The translations under genes and the position numbers were made by a program. Under the pieces are notes generated by a model. That model was not told where the DNA came from, did no database searches, and saw only the letters and a list, made by a program, of their open reading frames with translations. Positions 34,338 through 44,574 of a DNA stretch of 64,000 bases are shown here, piece after piece. Source of the DNA: a virus; IMG/VR virus record IMGVR_UViG_3300032893_000010, positions 52,131 through 116,130 of that record, one strand, 5' to 3'. Numbering within the stretch: position 1 is the first letter of the stretch; each line of letters starts with the position of its first letter.

Positions 34338-34742
34338 ATGAGGAAGCTGGGAGGGTGGCTCATGCTCATATTCATAGGATACGGGTTCGCCCAGAATCCT
34401 GGAGCGTTCCACCAGCTCATGAGCAGTATGGGAAAAGCCGCTAAATCTCATGGCATATCAGAAGCATATGTGACGATCTCTTCTTTCCAGCAGTGTGTTA
34501 TCTCCAGGGAATCTGGGGGTGACTCTACTGTGTGGAACAATCAGGGTTATCCCTATTGGGGCTTGTATCAGTTCGGTAAGCCTTTGTGGGTGGGTAATGG
34601 GGGTAACCCTGATGACTGGGGTAAATCATCTACGTCAGCAGCAGAGCAGACAAGGATATTCGATAACGTAATGAGTCATTACGGAGGGTGCAAGAACTGG
34701 ACTCCTTCTGATGGCTGTCCAGATCCTTCGAATGGATGCTAA
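34338..34742 (+). CDS. Rpf-like transglycosylase
   Basis: CVISRESGG, GLYQF..W, AAEQ; N-terminal hydrophobic segment. Confidence 0.75.
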   Translation: MRKLGGWLMLIFIGYGFAQNPGAFHQLMSSMGKAAKSHGISEAYVTISSFQQCVISRESGGDSTVWNNQGYPYWGLYQFGKPLWVGNGGNPDDWGKSSTSAAEQTRIFDNVMSHYGGCKNWTPSDGCPDPSNGC

Positions 34743-34795
34743 GACTCCTATGCTATGCTAGTATCAGATTTCAAATGGCATAGCATAGGAGAAAC

Positions 34796-35602
34796 ATGAC
34801 AGCAGAACACATTCAGTACATACCTGAGATCGTAATACCGGAGATGAGGCTAGGCCGTCATATTCACTTAGAAGCGAATAGGATGGCTGTTCCTCATGCT
34901 GGTCCGGCTCAGGCAGTAACAAGCAAGACATGGGCAAGAGATATCCCTATCTTAAACCAGGGCAATGTAGGCTCATGCACAGGTAATGCGATGGATGGAG
35001 CGCTGGGAACAACACCAGTATTCCAGACTTTGCCATCAAACCATCCTGCATTAGATGAAAACGAAGCACTTAACCTTTATTCAGCAGCGGAAGTTATCGA
35101 CGGTGACGGTCCTTATCCTCCTAACGATAACGGTTCTACAGGTCCGTCAGTAGCTCAGGCGGCTCAGAATGCCGGACTTATCAAGGGATATAACCATTAC
35201 AAAGACTTAAATTCTACGTTACAGTCGCTGATGAACGGCCCAGTAATAATAGGAATGAACTGGTATTCATCGTTTGATACACCTGCTGCGGATGGAACGG
35301 TTGCCATCACAGCAGATGCTTATGTAAGAGGCGGTCACGAGGTTCTTGCTCGTGTGGTTGATGTAACTAACCAGATGATCGGTTTTGATAATTCGTGGGG
35401 AACAAGCTGGGGAGTTAACGGTTCTTTCAAGATGAGTTATGCGACTCTGACTCAGCTTCTCTCGGAAGGAGGAGATTGTACTTCTTTCATTCCTCTAGCA
35501 GCACCATCACCGACTCCTAATCCTCCGAAGCCTAAGCCAAAGCCTAATAAGCCATCGTGGTTCGATGAGTTCATCAAATGGATTGAATCGTTTTTCGCTT
35601 AA
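34796..35602 (+). CDS. papain-family (C1) cysteine peptidase
   Basis: NQGNVGSCTG, GGHEV, NSWGTSWG. Confidence 0.88.
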   Translation: MTAEHIQYIPEIVIPEMRLGRHIHLEANRMAVPHAGPAQAVTSKTWARDIPILNQGNVGSCTGNAMDGALGTTPVFQTLPSNHPALDENEALNLYSAAEVIDGDGPYPPNDNGSTGPSVAQAAQNAGLIKGYNHYKDLNSTLQSLMNGPVIIGMNWYSSFDTPAADGTVAITADAYVRGGHEVLARVVDVTNQMIGFDNSWGTSWGVNGSFKMSYATLTQLLSEGGDCTSFIPLAAPSPTPNPPKPKPKPNKPSWFDEFIKWIESFFA

Positions 35603-35722
35603 GATTATCAACTCAGTCAAGCCCTGGTATGAAAGCCAAGGCTTCACTTTTAAGGAGGGTATACATGAGTGTTATGGCAGAACCAGAACCGGTAAGTAAG
35701 ACTTATACTTAAGGAGGAGTAA

Positions 35723-36559
35723 ATGAAGTTTCAGGCGAGTAATACAACAGCCATAAACCCCATTATGGCTAGAGAAATTCTCTCAAATGCTATTAGGAAC
35801 AGACCAATCAAGAAGAAGAAGGTTGAGGAATTTCGTTCATTTATGGAAGGCAGGAAGTTCGGAACCTCTCTGCTCGTTTTCAATAGTTCGGATCAGCTAG
35901 TATCTGGTTTTCATAGGATGACTGCTTTGTCGGAACTTCCAGAGGATGTTTTCGTAAACTTTGCTATCGCTTATGACGATGATGACCTGGCTAGCATCAG
36001 GCAGAATTCCGGTTCTCCAGAAACAGCAAGAGAGCAGGCTAAGAGGAATGAGCTTCCATACGCAAACGAAAGGGCTGCGATTGCCAGAAAGCTCATCATC
36101 CTAGAACATAAGCTAGAGGGTAGGACTTATACCCCAGGCGCAGAGGAAATTTACACTGTAAGCCGTGATGAACCTTATATGGAAAGAGCTATTGAACATC
36201 TTAATGACTTCGATGGTCTTATTCCTTCACCTTCTATAGCATCTTATATAATTCTGGCAAGAGAGAACGAGGAAAAGACCGATCTTTTCTATTCTAGCTT
36301 GTCTACTGGTGCTGGTTTGGAGCTAGGTTCCCCAATTCTTGCAGTTAAAAACGGCCTGCCCGGAGTTAGGACAAAGTTGCAAGGGACGTATAGGGACGCT
36401 CAATGCGGACAAATGATACTTAGGGGTTTCAGTGATTGGGTTTCTTCTAAGCAAGGACCAACCAGATATAATGTTAAAGATGGTGTTTCCATTGCTGACG
36501 AAGTGAAGTTGCTGAGTAAGGTACTGAGTGTTCCGTGGACTAATATCTTAAGACCCTGA
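35723..36559 (+). CDS. ParB-like domain protein
   Basis: AREILS..NRPI, QLVSGFHRMTA. Confidence 0.55.
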   Translation: MKFQASNTTAINPIMAREILSNAIRNRPIKKKKVEEFRSFMEGRKFGTSLLVFNSSDQLVSGFHRMTALSELPEDVFVNFAIAYDDDDLASIRQNSGSPETAREQAKRNELPYANERAAIARKLIILEHKLEGRTYTPGAEEIYTVSRDEPYMERAIEHLNDFDGLIPSPSIASYIILARENEEKTDLFYSSLSTGAGLELGSPILAVKNGLPGVRTKLQGTYRDAQCGQMILRGFSDWVSSKQGPTRYNVKDGVSIADEVKLLSKVLSVPWTNILRP

Positions 36560-36817
36560 TGTTATACTTAAGGAGGAAATATATGAGACATGAAAATTGC
36601 GGCTCTGGCTGCACGGATAATAAGTAAAAATTTCTGAATACAAGGTATTGACTTTCCTTACCGGCTATGGTACTATGTATCCTAGCCGGTTGGGAGAGAA
36701 CACCGGCTTTAGCTCTAGAGAAAAACTCCAAGGTGGCGAGCGACAGGAAATATTGCAATATTTCCTGAGGTTGACCCTTAATCCGCTCTTGTGTCAAGGG
36801 AATGGGCACCAAAACAT

Positions 36818-36888
36818 TCTAGCGTCCGTTAACGGTAAACGAGCAGACTGTTAATCTGTCCCTCCTGGTTCGAATCCAGGTGCTAGAG
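36818..36888 (+). tRNA. tRNA-Asn(GTT)
   Basis: cloverleaf, loop CTGTTAA. Confidence 0.88.
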
Positions 36889-37037
36889 CCCTGCCACGCC
36901 GGCTTCATATTAAGGAGGTAATATGATAAGTGATTATTTCATATTGGGAATATTTGCAGCATCAGTAGTTGTCTGGGTTGTAATATACATAATGAATAAC
37001 AGGAATTCTCCCGGCCCTCCTCCCGAAGATAAGAGCG

Positions 37038-37274
37038 GTGGTTGGCGTGGTTAGATATGTGTATAAATGTACTAACAAGCAATGCGATAATATAGAAGAG
37101 CGAGAATTCCCTATGGGAAAAGCGCCAGAAGAAGCGGATATCTGCCTTGACTGTGCCGCTGGTGCTCTGATAAGAGCCTATGTTCCTGTAGCAGTTTCGT
37201 TCAAGGGCTCTGGTTTCTACAGGACAGACAATCCGAAGACGAAACATGTAAGTACTCAGATGGAAGTGATATAA
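37038..37274 (+). CDS. FmdB-type zinc ribbon protein
   Basis: YVYKC..C, CLDC, FKGSGFYRTD. Confidence 0.8.
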   Translation: MVGVVRYVYKCTNKQCDNIEEREFPMGKAPEEADICLDCAAGALIRAYVPVAVSFKGSGFYRTDNPKTKHVSTQMEVI

Positions 37275-37295
37275 GCTGTTCAACAGCTTATACGT

Positions 37296-37371
37296 GCCGC
37301 ATTAACTCAGTCAGGCCAGAGTAGCGCTCTTGTAAAGCGAAAGTCGGTGGGTTCAAATCCCTCATGCGGCT
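37296..37371 (+). tRNA. tRNA-Thr(TGT)
   Basis: cloverleaf, loop CTTGTAA. Confidence 0.88.
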
Positions 37372-38202
37372 CTGTTTCTAGTTTGCCATTAATTGAAATA
37401 AGGTGGAAGACCATGGACTTATTGAAAAATAGGGATAACGAGGATAAGCCACGTCGGGGCGACCGTGGGTACAAGAAACTGAAGGAAGCGGCTGCGAGGC
37501 AGAATGAGATCAGGGATAACTACCTTGAGGAGCTGAAAAGGAAGGCTGGTAATCCTTCAAGATACGGCAGGCTGACAAGAGCCGAGCTTAAATATCTTAA
37601 AGAGCATGAATAGGAGTTCCTATGTCTAGTGCTAAAAGGGGTGATAAGCGTCCGTGCAGATCTGCTTATCACAGTGAGGGAAGGCGAGCTGTGAACAAGG
37701 CTCGTCGTATTACAAGATGCAACGGGGAAGGATACCTGAATTGGTGGAGAAGCAAGGGATACGCCGAGAGGGCGTAGCTGAAACGATAGCTGCTTTCATA
37801 TGCGTCTGCCTGATCGTGGCAGGGTTGCTTTACCTGATAACCCATAATATTTCTTATCCCACTTAGGACTGTCATGAGTATTTTCTCTTCCCCTCAGAGA
37901 AGGGGAGCAATGCGTATTCATCGTAATAAGAAACGCAGGGAGGCGGAATTAAGGAATGCAAGGAAGCAGAAAAGAGCAGATAGCGCGCCAGAGAAGAGTT
38001 CACCGCAGGAAGCAGCAGAATAAGACAATCGCGCTTCTGATCCTGTCTATCCTGTTTATAGCAATTATCGTCTTTGGTTATCTTATCACCCATAACCTGA
38101 ATTACGCCCCTCGCATTGTTTACGTCCCTCATTTTATTCACAAATACTAAAAAGAAGCTATTGACATGTGACGACTTCGCCTGGTAGGATCAGGAGGTGC
38201 TG

Positions 38203-38364
38203 ATGAGAAAGATCAAGATCATACTCGCCGGGCTTATTGCCGCAGTAGCTATCACTGCCTGTTCAGGTGGTTACAACGGGTATGTAGTCCACCATCACTA
38301 TTATCATCGGATTGTGCATGTGGTTCACGTAACTCATGTGCATCTGCATATTCACAAGCGTTAG
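38203..38364 (+). CDS. 53-aa His-rich lipoprotein
   Basis: promoter at 38161, AGGAGG RBS, lipobox ITAC, His/Val-rich tail. Confidence 0.65.
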   Translation: MRKIKIILAGLIAAVAITACSGGYNGYVVHHHYYHRIVHVVHVTHVHLHIHKR

Positions 38365-38375
38365 CTTGTGAATGG

Positions 38376-38448
38376 TGCCGTATAGCTCAACTGGCAGGGC
38401 ACAAGTCTTTGGTACTTGCGATTCTAGGTTCGAATCCTAGTGCGGCAG
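38376..38448 (+). tRNA. tRNA-Gln(TTG)
   Basis: cloverleaf, loop CTTTGGT. Confidence 0.88.
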
Positions 38449-38701
38449 CTCCGGTAAATTTAAGGAGGTCATCATGACAGAGAAAATTATCAGCTTCTTG
38501 ATATGTGCGGGTATACTTATCTTTATATGGCTCCTCTGCGGAGGATGGATTCCTGTTTACGGATGGGGATGGAAAATGAGTGAAGAACAAGAGGAATATG
38601 TTACCTGTACTGTATGCAAAGGCACTACGTTCTCTCCCTATGAGAACGGGAAGAAGTGCACTGCCTGCGGGTGGACAGGAAAGGTAAAGCGTAAGTAGCA
38701 T

Positions 38702-38785
38702 TCCCGTATAGTGTAATTGGCAACACACCTGGCTCTGAACCAGGAGACGGTCACGCTTGTTTTAGTTCGAATCTAGATGCGGGAG
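38702..38785 (+). tRNA. tRNA-Gln(CTG) with expanded variable region
   Basis: cloverleaf, loop CTCTGAA, 16-nt variable region. Confidence 0.8.
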
Positions 38786-39059
38786 CAAAAGGAAGGATGA
38801 CATGGATGTTAAAGGAGTCATCGTCCTGGCTAATCTTATGGCCAGGCACAGGGAACATCTCGCTATCACAGCGGAGAATGACCCTAATCCTCGGATTAGG
38901 TGGGCTACCGTAAAGGCCAGGGCTCTCCAGGCCAGCAGTTCAGTGCAGAATCCTGTTCCTACTCTCCTTAAAAACAGGCAGGAAATTTCTGAATAAGGGA
39001 TCTTGACATTCGGGGGTCCCTGTGATATTCTTATATCAGATCGGCAATCAAAAGTAAAT

Positions 39060-39198
39060 AGGGAGCTGGCCAGGGTTTCCGTAGTGAGTCGGGTCACTAA
39101 AGGATGGTTGGTGTGACGCAGCTAATATAATCTGCTTAGGGGAAGGGCAGTAGTACTAAGGGTCGGTCGATGTTAAGGCGTCAGGTAGCTAGCTCCCT
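39060..39198 (+). ncRNA. structured ncRNA of unknown family
   Basis: closing stem AGGGAGCTGGC/GCTAGCTCCCT just after promoter TTGACA at 39003. Confidence 0.45.
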
Positions 39199-39214
39199 CT
39201 CAATTAAATAACAT

Positions 39215-39293
39215 ACGGATAGAGCTTAAATCCAGCCGGGCTGGAGATGGATTCCAAACCCATTAGCAATGCGTTCGACTCGTACTAGCCGTG
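39215..39293 (+). tRNA. degenerate tRNA-Trp(CCA)
   Basis: loop TTCCAAA, T loop TTCGACT, atypical D arm. Confidence 0.55.
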
Positions 39294-39437
39294 CGATGAT
39301 GTTGCGTAGGCACATCAGACTGCTGAACCATAGCTGTGAATATGGTAACTGCGAGAACAGTATAAACTACAGGCATGATAAACGAGCCTTGACAGTTACC
39401 TATCTTGCCGTAGGTGGCCAGAAAAACTGTCAACTAT

Positions 39438-39511
39438 GGCGTTCGTGGCAGATAGGTAATGCAACGGTTTGTGGGACCGTGCAATGTGGGTTCGAATCCC
39501 ATCGTTCGCCC
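39438..39511 (+). tRNA. tRNA-His(GTG)
   Basis: loop TTGTGGG, G-1, acceptor mismatches. Confidence 0.8.
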
Positions 39512-39514
39512 CGG

Positions 39515-39583
39515 TGTGATCTTGTATGTTCTAACTGCCACGCAGAGAGAACATGGCAAAGACTACAGCAAAAGAAAAATGAC
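39515..39583 (+). pseudogene. C-terminal remnant of HNH endonuclease
   Basis: CDLVCSNCHAERTW matches the ends of the HNHs at 49498 and 55325. Confidence 0.75.
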
Positions 39584-39585
39584 AT

Positions 39586-39709
39586 GCTTATATGTGAGAT
39601 AGCAACGGAACCAACAGAAAGCTGAAGTACAAGGCAATCTGGCCGGTCTATGGCACAGTTTCAGAGTATGGCCAAACTTGAGACACTGGTTCGAGTCCAG
39701 TTATAAGTG
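39586..39709 (+). ncRNA. expanded tRNA-like RNA
   Basis: acceptor GCTTATA/TATAAGT plus T arm ACTGG-TTCGAGT-CCAGT around a non-canonical body. Confidence 0.55.
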
Positions 39710-40021
39710 CTAAGGGTTGAATGGTTATCCCGAACAAGAGAATCAAATACTATAAACAGTCTCTTCGTCAAAAACCATCGTAAATTTAATTTACTTAGAT
39801 CGGAGGTAGTCTTAATGGCCAAGTTCCACGCACGTCCATCTCTCCAGTATCGTTACGAACACTACGACCCACGTTTCTAAGTTAGTTTCAAGTGCACCCA
39901 TACTTCTTGGGTGCACCCATATTATCTCAGGGAAGGTGCTTGAGCCAGGGTTGGTGAGGGACTAAAGGGTCTTGAAGCGCATGAGGGCCGGATAGTTGTG
40001 TACTCTGAGATAATATTACAT

Positions 40022-40094
40022 GCGGCTATAGCTCAGTGGATAGAGCGATAGACTACGGATCTATAGGTCGGGAGTTCAAGTCTCTCTAGCTGCG
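40022..40094 (+). tRNA. tRNA-Arg(ACG)
   Basis: cloverleaf. Confidence 0.9.
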
Positions 40095-40195
40095 CGGGGA
40101 ATGTTGGTCTTTATGGCGCATACGGTTTGGAAGCAACCCCATAAAAGCACAGTAAACCGTTCCACTGAGCCGGACAGTATATTCCGGTATTTTGC

Positions 40196-40269
40196 TGGCT
40201 CTTAATTCAGTCGGTTAGAATGCTTGCCTGATATGCAAGATGTCACAGGTTCAAATCCTGTAGAGCCAA
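40196..40269 (+). tRNA. tRNA-Ile(GAT)
   Basis: cloverleaf. Confidence 0.88.
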
Positions 40270-40746
40270 CGGAATCTGATTCCTTCCAGTTCATCGGAGG
40301 TAATTATGTGTGAACATTTAGAGGCGAGAGTAATAGCGTGGGAAGTAATACAAGGACATAAATACCTCTACATGTACTGCTACGCCTGTGATAAGGCATG
40401 GACAGAAACTGAACCAGTAGTGAGGAGGGAACACGAACCAGAGTAGGATGCAGGATGAAAAAGAATATTAGCTGGAGGAGAGAATGGCTGTGAATCCTGA
40501 ATGCTGCCCCCATACTAATGCTCATGAAACAGGCAGGACTACGAAGAACGGCATGACAGTAATTTTCATGCATTGCGATACTTGCGGAAAGAACTTCAAA
40601 GAACAAGAATAATGTCTAAGTCATGTAACCACGCAGACAGAACGTATCAATGTTCTGTTGTTAACCCGAAAAAAAGTATTCGCACTACGTACTGGTATTG
40701 TAATGACTGCCACAAGTTCTTTACTGAAGAAGAAGACATGGATTAG

Positions 40747-40819
40747 GCTCTGTTAGCTCAGAGGAAAGAGCACAAGTTTCCTAAACTTGGTGCCGCTGGT
40801 TCGAGTCCAGCACAGAGCG
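40747..40819 (+). tRNA. tRNA-Arg(CCT)
   Basis: cloverleaf. Confidence 0.9.
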
Positions 40820-41128
40820 CGATCCCGCCTATTCATGAAAGCGCTGAAAGTACGAATAGGAAATGGAAGATCGAAACCGTCTTGAGTCCTTGACGGTGCG
40901 GATCGAAAAGTCAGGCATGACTTATTGGACTTGACGTAAACTGGTATTAACCTAGGATAAAGCCAGAGTGTGTAAACATGCAAAATGCTCCGACTGGTGC
41001 AGGGTACAGTGTCCGAAATGCCATAGGCTAAGTGTGTCGGTCCAGTAAGGAGAAAAACCTCTGCAACAATGGTGCTTATGTATTCGCGGACGATATACCG
41101 ATGCCGAGATTCACAGAACACCATTTCA

Positions 41129-41200
41129 GCCTCTATAGTACAAGGGAGAGTGCAAGGGTCTTCTAAGCCCTTAATCCGGGTTCGAATCCTGGTGGAGGCG
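41129..41200 (+). tRNA. tRNA-Arg(TCT)
   Basis: cloverleaf. Confidence 0.88.
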
Positions 41201-41526
41201 CAGCCTGGGTGAGTACGTTTAACTATCCCGGCAATTGGCCAACTGCGGAAGATAGTATGTAAAACCCTGTCAGTCATGGAAAGTAATGGTTCCTGTGCTA
41301 TAGACTGACTGTGAAGCAGGACGCTGACAATAAGTGATAGGCTAACGAGTGACCATTACCTTATAAGGTTAGCTGGAATCCGCCTGCAACGTACACTTAA
41401 TTTTCGGGAGGTAACATGAAATGGGAAGGTTGTACTAGAAGCACTACTGGTGGCCATTATTTTGTTAAGATAAATGGTAACTGGGTTTGCAAATTGTGCG
41501 GAGAACCTAAATAATGCACATTTTTA

Positions 41527-41598
41527 GCTCCCGTAGCTCAATGGCAGAGCAGGAGACTTTTAATCTCTTGGTTCCGGGTTCAAGTCCTGGTGGGAGTA
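41527..41598 (+). tRNA. tRNA-Lys(TTT)
   Basis: cloverleaf. Confidence 0.92.
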
Positions 41599-42065
41599 CG
41601 GCTACTATTTGCACGTAGCAACTGGGCCGCAGTTTTGCATGTTCTGAGGTGAATGAGACAAAACATGCAGAGGAGCTAATATGGATATAAAGCCTGTTCT
41701 TTACGATCTTACATGTACTCAGTGCGGAGTAAGGTTCAGTATGATGAGTCCTACGGGGCCTAGTAATATCTGCGATGAGTGCGCTGGTATACTGATGGAA
41801 GTGCTGTGGGGACCAGATTTCAGGTCTGTTAAGAACTAAGTAACATTCTGCGGAGGATGTATGCCTTTAAGAGAGGGACCGCCCTGTAATACCTGCAATG
41901 GTCCTACATTCATAAGCACTAACGCGAATAAGATTTCTACTACTTACTGTGCCGGATGCACTCGACTACCGGACAAATGTACTTGTAAATAAACTGTACT
42001 GGAGTAATTAACCAGGAAAGTAAGGTGCAGTAAGGTTCGATTCCTTGCAGGATTGCACCTTATGG

Positions 42066-42141
42066 TGGGCGGTATACCCTCTGTCTTATAAACAGTAGAA
42101 AGGTTAGTAGGTACACGTGGGTTCAAGCCCCACTCGCCCAA
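42066..42141 (+). ncRNA. rearranged tRNA-like RNA with TAT anticodon
   Basis: acceptor TGGGCGG/TCGCCCA, T arm, CTGT-CTTATAA-ACAG; no 5' D arm. Confidence 0.6.
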
Positions 42142-42506
42142 CTAAGGAGTTTTGATACATGAAACAACCTGAAGAAGTCTATCTGGTGACACAGTATGAC
42201 AGTAAGCCTGATTTCTATCATCCCGCTAAGTCAGTTAAGCTTATGAGCAGGAAAGCGATGCAGATGAAGATTGCATCCTGGCCATCTGACAGGATGAGCT
42301 TTACTATATTGCGTGCTCATATAACTGACTGGGAAGATGTAACAGAAGAACTAATAGGAGGTTAACATGACATTTCATTATGGACACAGTTGGCTGATTT
42401 TCTCTGATATAATCTTAAATATCCCACCTCAAACATAAGACAGGTAATGATCTGCCTGTAGTGGTTAAACTGTGAGTGGATGCGGGACCACTTAAAAACA
42501 CTAAAT

Positions 42507-42579
42507 GGGGTTTTAGCTCAGTTGGTAGAGCGCTAGTTTTGCACACTAGAGGTGAAGAGTTCGATTCTCTTAAGCTCCA
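42507..42579 (+). tRNA. tRNA-Ala(TGC)
   Basis: cloverleaf, G3:U70. Confidence 0.92.
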
Positions 42580-42644
42580 CAAGCAAGCTTGACATAGAGT
42601 AGTGCCTGTGTGCCCTTGCGAGTCAGATCACAACTGACACTTAA

Positions 42645-42720
42645 CGGAATATGGCCAAGTTTGGTTTAAGGCGCGTGCTTTGGGAGCACGAGAGCGAAGG
42701 TTCGAATCCTTCTATTCCGA
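42645..42720 (+). tRNA. tRNA-Pro(TGG)
   Basis: cloverleaf. Confidence 0.9.
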
Positions 42721-42760
42721 CGGTTCAAGTCTTGTACGGCAGAAACGAAACTATTGATAC

Positions 42761-43372
42761 ATGAGGAAAATAATGAAGGTAAGAGTATTAGCCGCTTCTG
42801 CGGCACTGGCTGTGACATCATTTTTTGGTCTTGCTGTTTCCGGGCATACTCCGGTTGCTTCTGCTTCGCAGATTCAGATATGCGGGCAGGACGGTTCTGG
42901 TTATTGCATGAACGACTGGAACAACGGAGGTTCCGGTAATGATGTCAAGATGAATAACGGCGGCACAGGTAACGAGTATTTTGAGGTAGAGCCTATCGAC
43001 AGGTGTAGTGGCTCAGATAACACTACTTCTACTTGTCCAGACAGCTACACAGGCCCGGCAGGTGATTATACCGCGCAGATCGTTTATTTCGGGATCTCAG
43101 GTCATGTTTACTGCATAGGCACAGGAGGTCTTGGACAGGGAGTGCTGACTACATGTAATAATGTCGGTACTGGAACTGGCGGCGGCACTGGGACGGTGAT
43201 AACAGTCGGAGGAGCTAATCTTGACAAGTTCTATGACAGTTATGAATCCCGCACTAACGGGGCTCTGGAATGCGTAGAGTCTGGTGGCAATGTCGGTGTT
43301 GACCTGGCGATGAACCAGCTAGCATCTAATGGGTGCACGGGCTGGGGATATACTCTTACTAACACCTGGTAA
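42761..43372 (+). CDS. secreted Gly/Cys-rich protein (paralog 1)
   Basis: signal peptide; ICGQDGSGYCMNDW. Confidence 0.7.
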   Translation: MRKIMKVRVLAASAALAVTSFFGLAVSGHTPVASASQIQICGQDGSGYCMNDWNNGGSGNDVKMNNGGTGNEYFEVEPIDRCSGSDNTTSTCPDSYTGPAGDYTAQIVYFGISGHVYCIGTGGLGQGVLTTCNNVGTGTGGGTGTVITVGGANLDKFYDSYESRTNGALECVESGGNVGVDLAMNQLASNGCTGWGYTLTNTW

Positions 43373-43406
43373 TACTGTAAGTATCATATAATTAAAGGAA
43401 ATTCTC

Positions 43407-43994
43407 ATGAAATTCAAGGCTATACTGGTCGCGCTTACGATAGCAGCAGTATCGTGTTTTGGTGCGGTGTCATCGGCTTCTGCTTCTTCTCAGGAAATAT
43501 GCGGTAACGGAGGCAGCGGATACTGCCTTAACGACTGGGGAGGAGCTGACCGGGCAGGCGATGCTGTAAAGATGGAGTATGGTAACGGGACTAATGAGAA
43601 TTTCCTTGATTATGCTTTGCTGAAGATGTGCGGATCGGGTAAGGTAACATCAACATGTCCTAATCTCGGCTTGGCCCAGAATGAACTTAAAGGTTTCAAT
43701 CTTGTCGAGATAGTATATGGACCTGGAGGATGCGTAGCTGACAATGGAAGCGGTTACGCTGATCTGGGTACGTGTCCCGATCAGTACGGTAACGGTGGTT
43801 CTAACGGAACCATATACATAGCATATCCAGAGAGCCCAGGATATTGCATTTATTACAACAGGTACTGGACAGGATATTATGGTAGTCTCGCTGGCCTGGA
43901 GTCAGGGGGAAGCGTAGGAGCACAGGCTACGGATGACGCCACAGGTACTATAACTGAGTGGGGTGGCGGCGGGTCTTACTGCGGCCTGTACTAA
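43407..43994 (+). CDS. secreted Gly/Cys-rich protein (paralog 2)
   Basis: signal peptide; ICGNGGSGYCLNDW. Confidence 0.7.
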   Translation: MKFKAILVALTIAAVSCFGAVSSASASSQEICGNGGSGYCLNDWGGADRAGDAVKMEYGNGTNENFLDYALLKMCGSGKVTSTCPNLGLAQNELKGFNLVEIVYGPGGCVADNGSGYADLGTCPDQYGNGGSNGTIYIAYPESPGYCIYYNRYWTGYYGSLAGLESGGSVGAQATDDATGTITEWGGGGSYCGLY

Positions 43995-44059
43995 GTATGA
44001 GGTGCGTACCCATACTGGCTCGGATTTCGAGCAATAGGAGGAAGTGAGGAAGCTGTCTC

Positions 44060-44530
44060 GTGGTTAAGTATATTTTCGTAGACGTTGATGGGGTAGTAAA
44101 TCCTGTTGTCTTAAGAGAAGGAGGGGAGAAATTGTTGGCCCTTCCACATGGAACGGACACACAAGGCTACTACCTGCGCTTACATAAAGATTACGGCAGG
44201 TGGCTAAAGCAGCTATCAGAAGATACTGAATCTTTCCTGGTATGGGGTTCAACCTGGCAAATACATGCTAACAGATGGGTGGGAGAATATCTTGAGTTAC
44301 CTCATTTGTCACATCTTGACCTTTCTCAGGGAAGGTTTTCTGAGTCTTTAGGTTCTATTAAGGCTGATGCTGCTAATAAATATGCGGATGGCAACAGGTT
44401 CGTCTTCTTTGATGATGAGCCTGATCTAGGTAGCCGCCTGGCTGATAATGGCTTGCATATCCGTATAGATTACAGGTCAGGACTAGAGGAATATCATATA
44501 GAAGAGGCAAGAAACTACCTGCTTTCATGA
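44060..44530 (+). CDS. HAD-domain phosphatase (RNA-repair-associated type)
   Basis: FVDVDGVVN, VWGSTW, FFDD. Confidence 0.78.
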   Translation: MVKYIFVDVDGVVNPVVLREGGEKLLALPHGTDTQGYYLRLHKDYGRWLKQLSEDTESFLVWGSTWQIHANRWVGEYLELPHLSHLDLSQGRFSESLGSIKADAANKYADGNRFVFFDDEPDLGSRLADNGLHIRIDYRSGLEEYHIEEARNYLLS

Positions 44531-44574
44531 TAGAATGATAAGGTAAATTACTTTCATGAAAGGAGCCATTTCTA

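Noticed and set aside
39269-41277. ORF-track entries 39269-39625, 40304-40606 and 40753-41277
   Set aside because: They overlap tRNAs or run antisense to the RNA cluster; only the HNH remnant looks protein-derived
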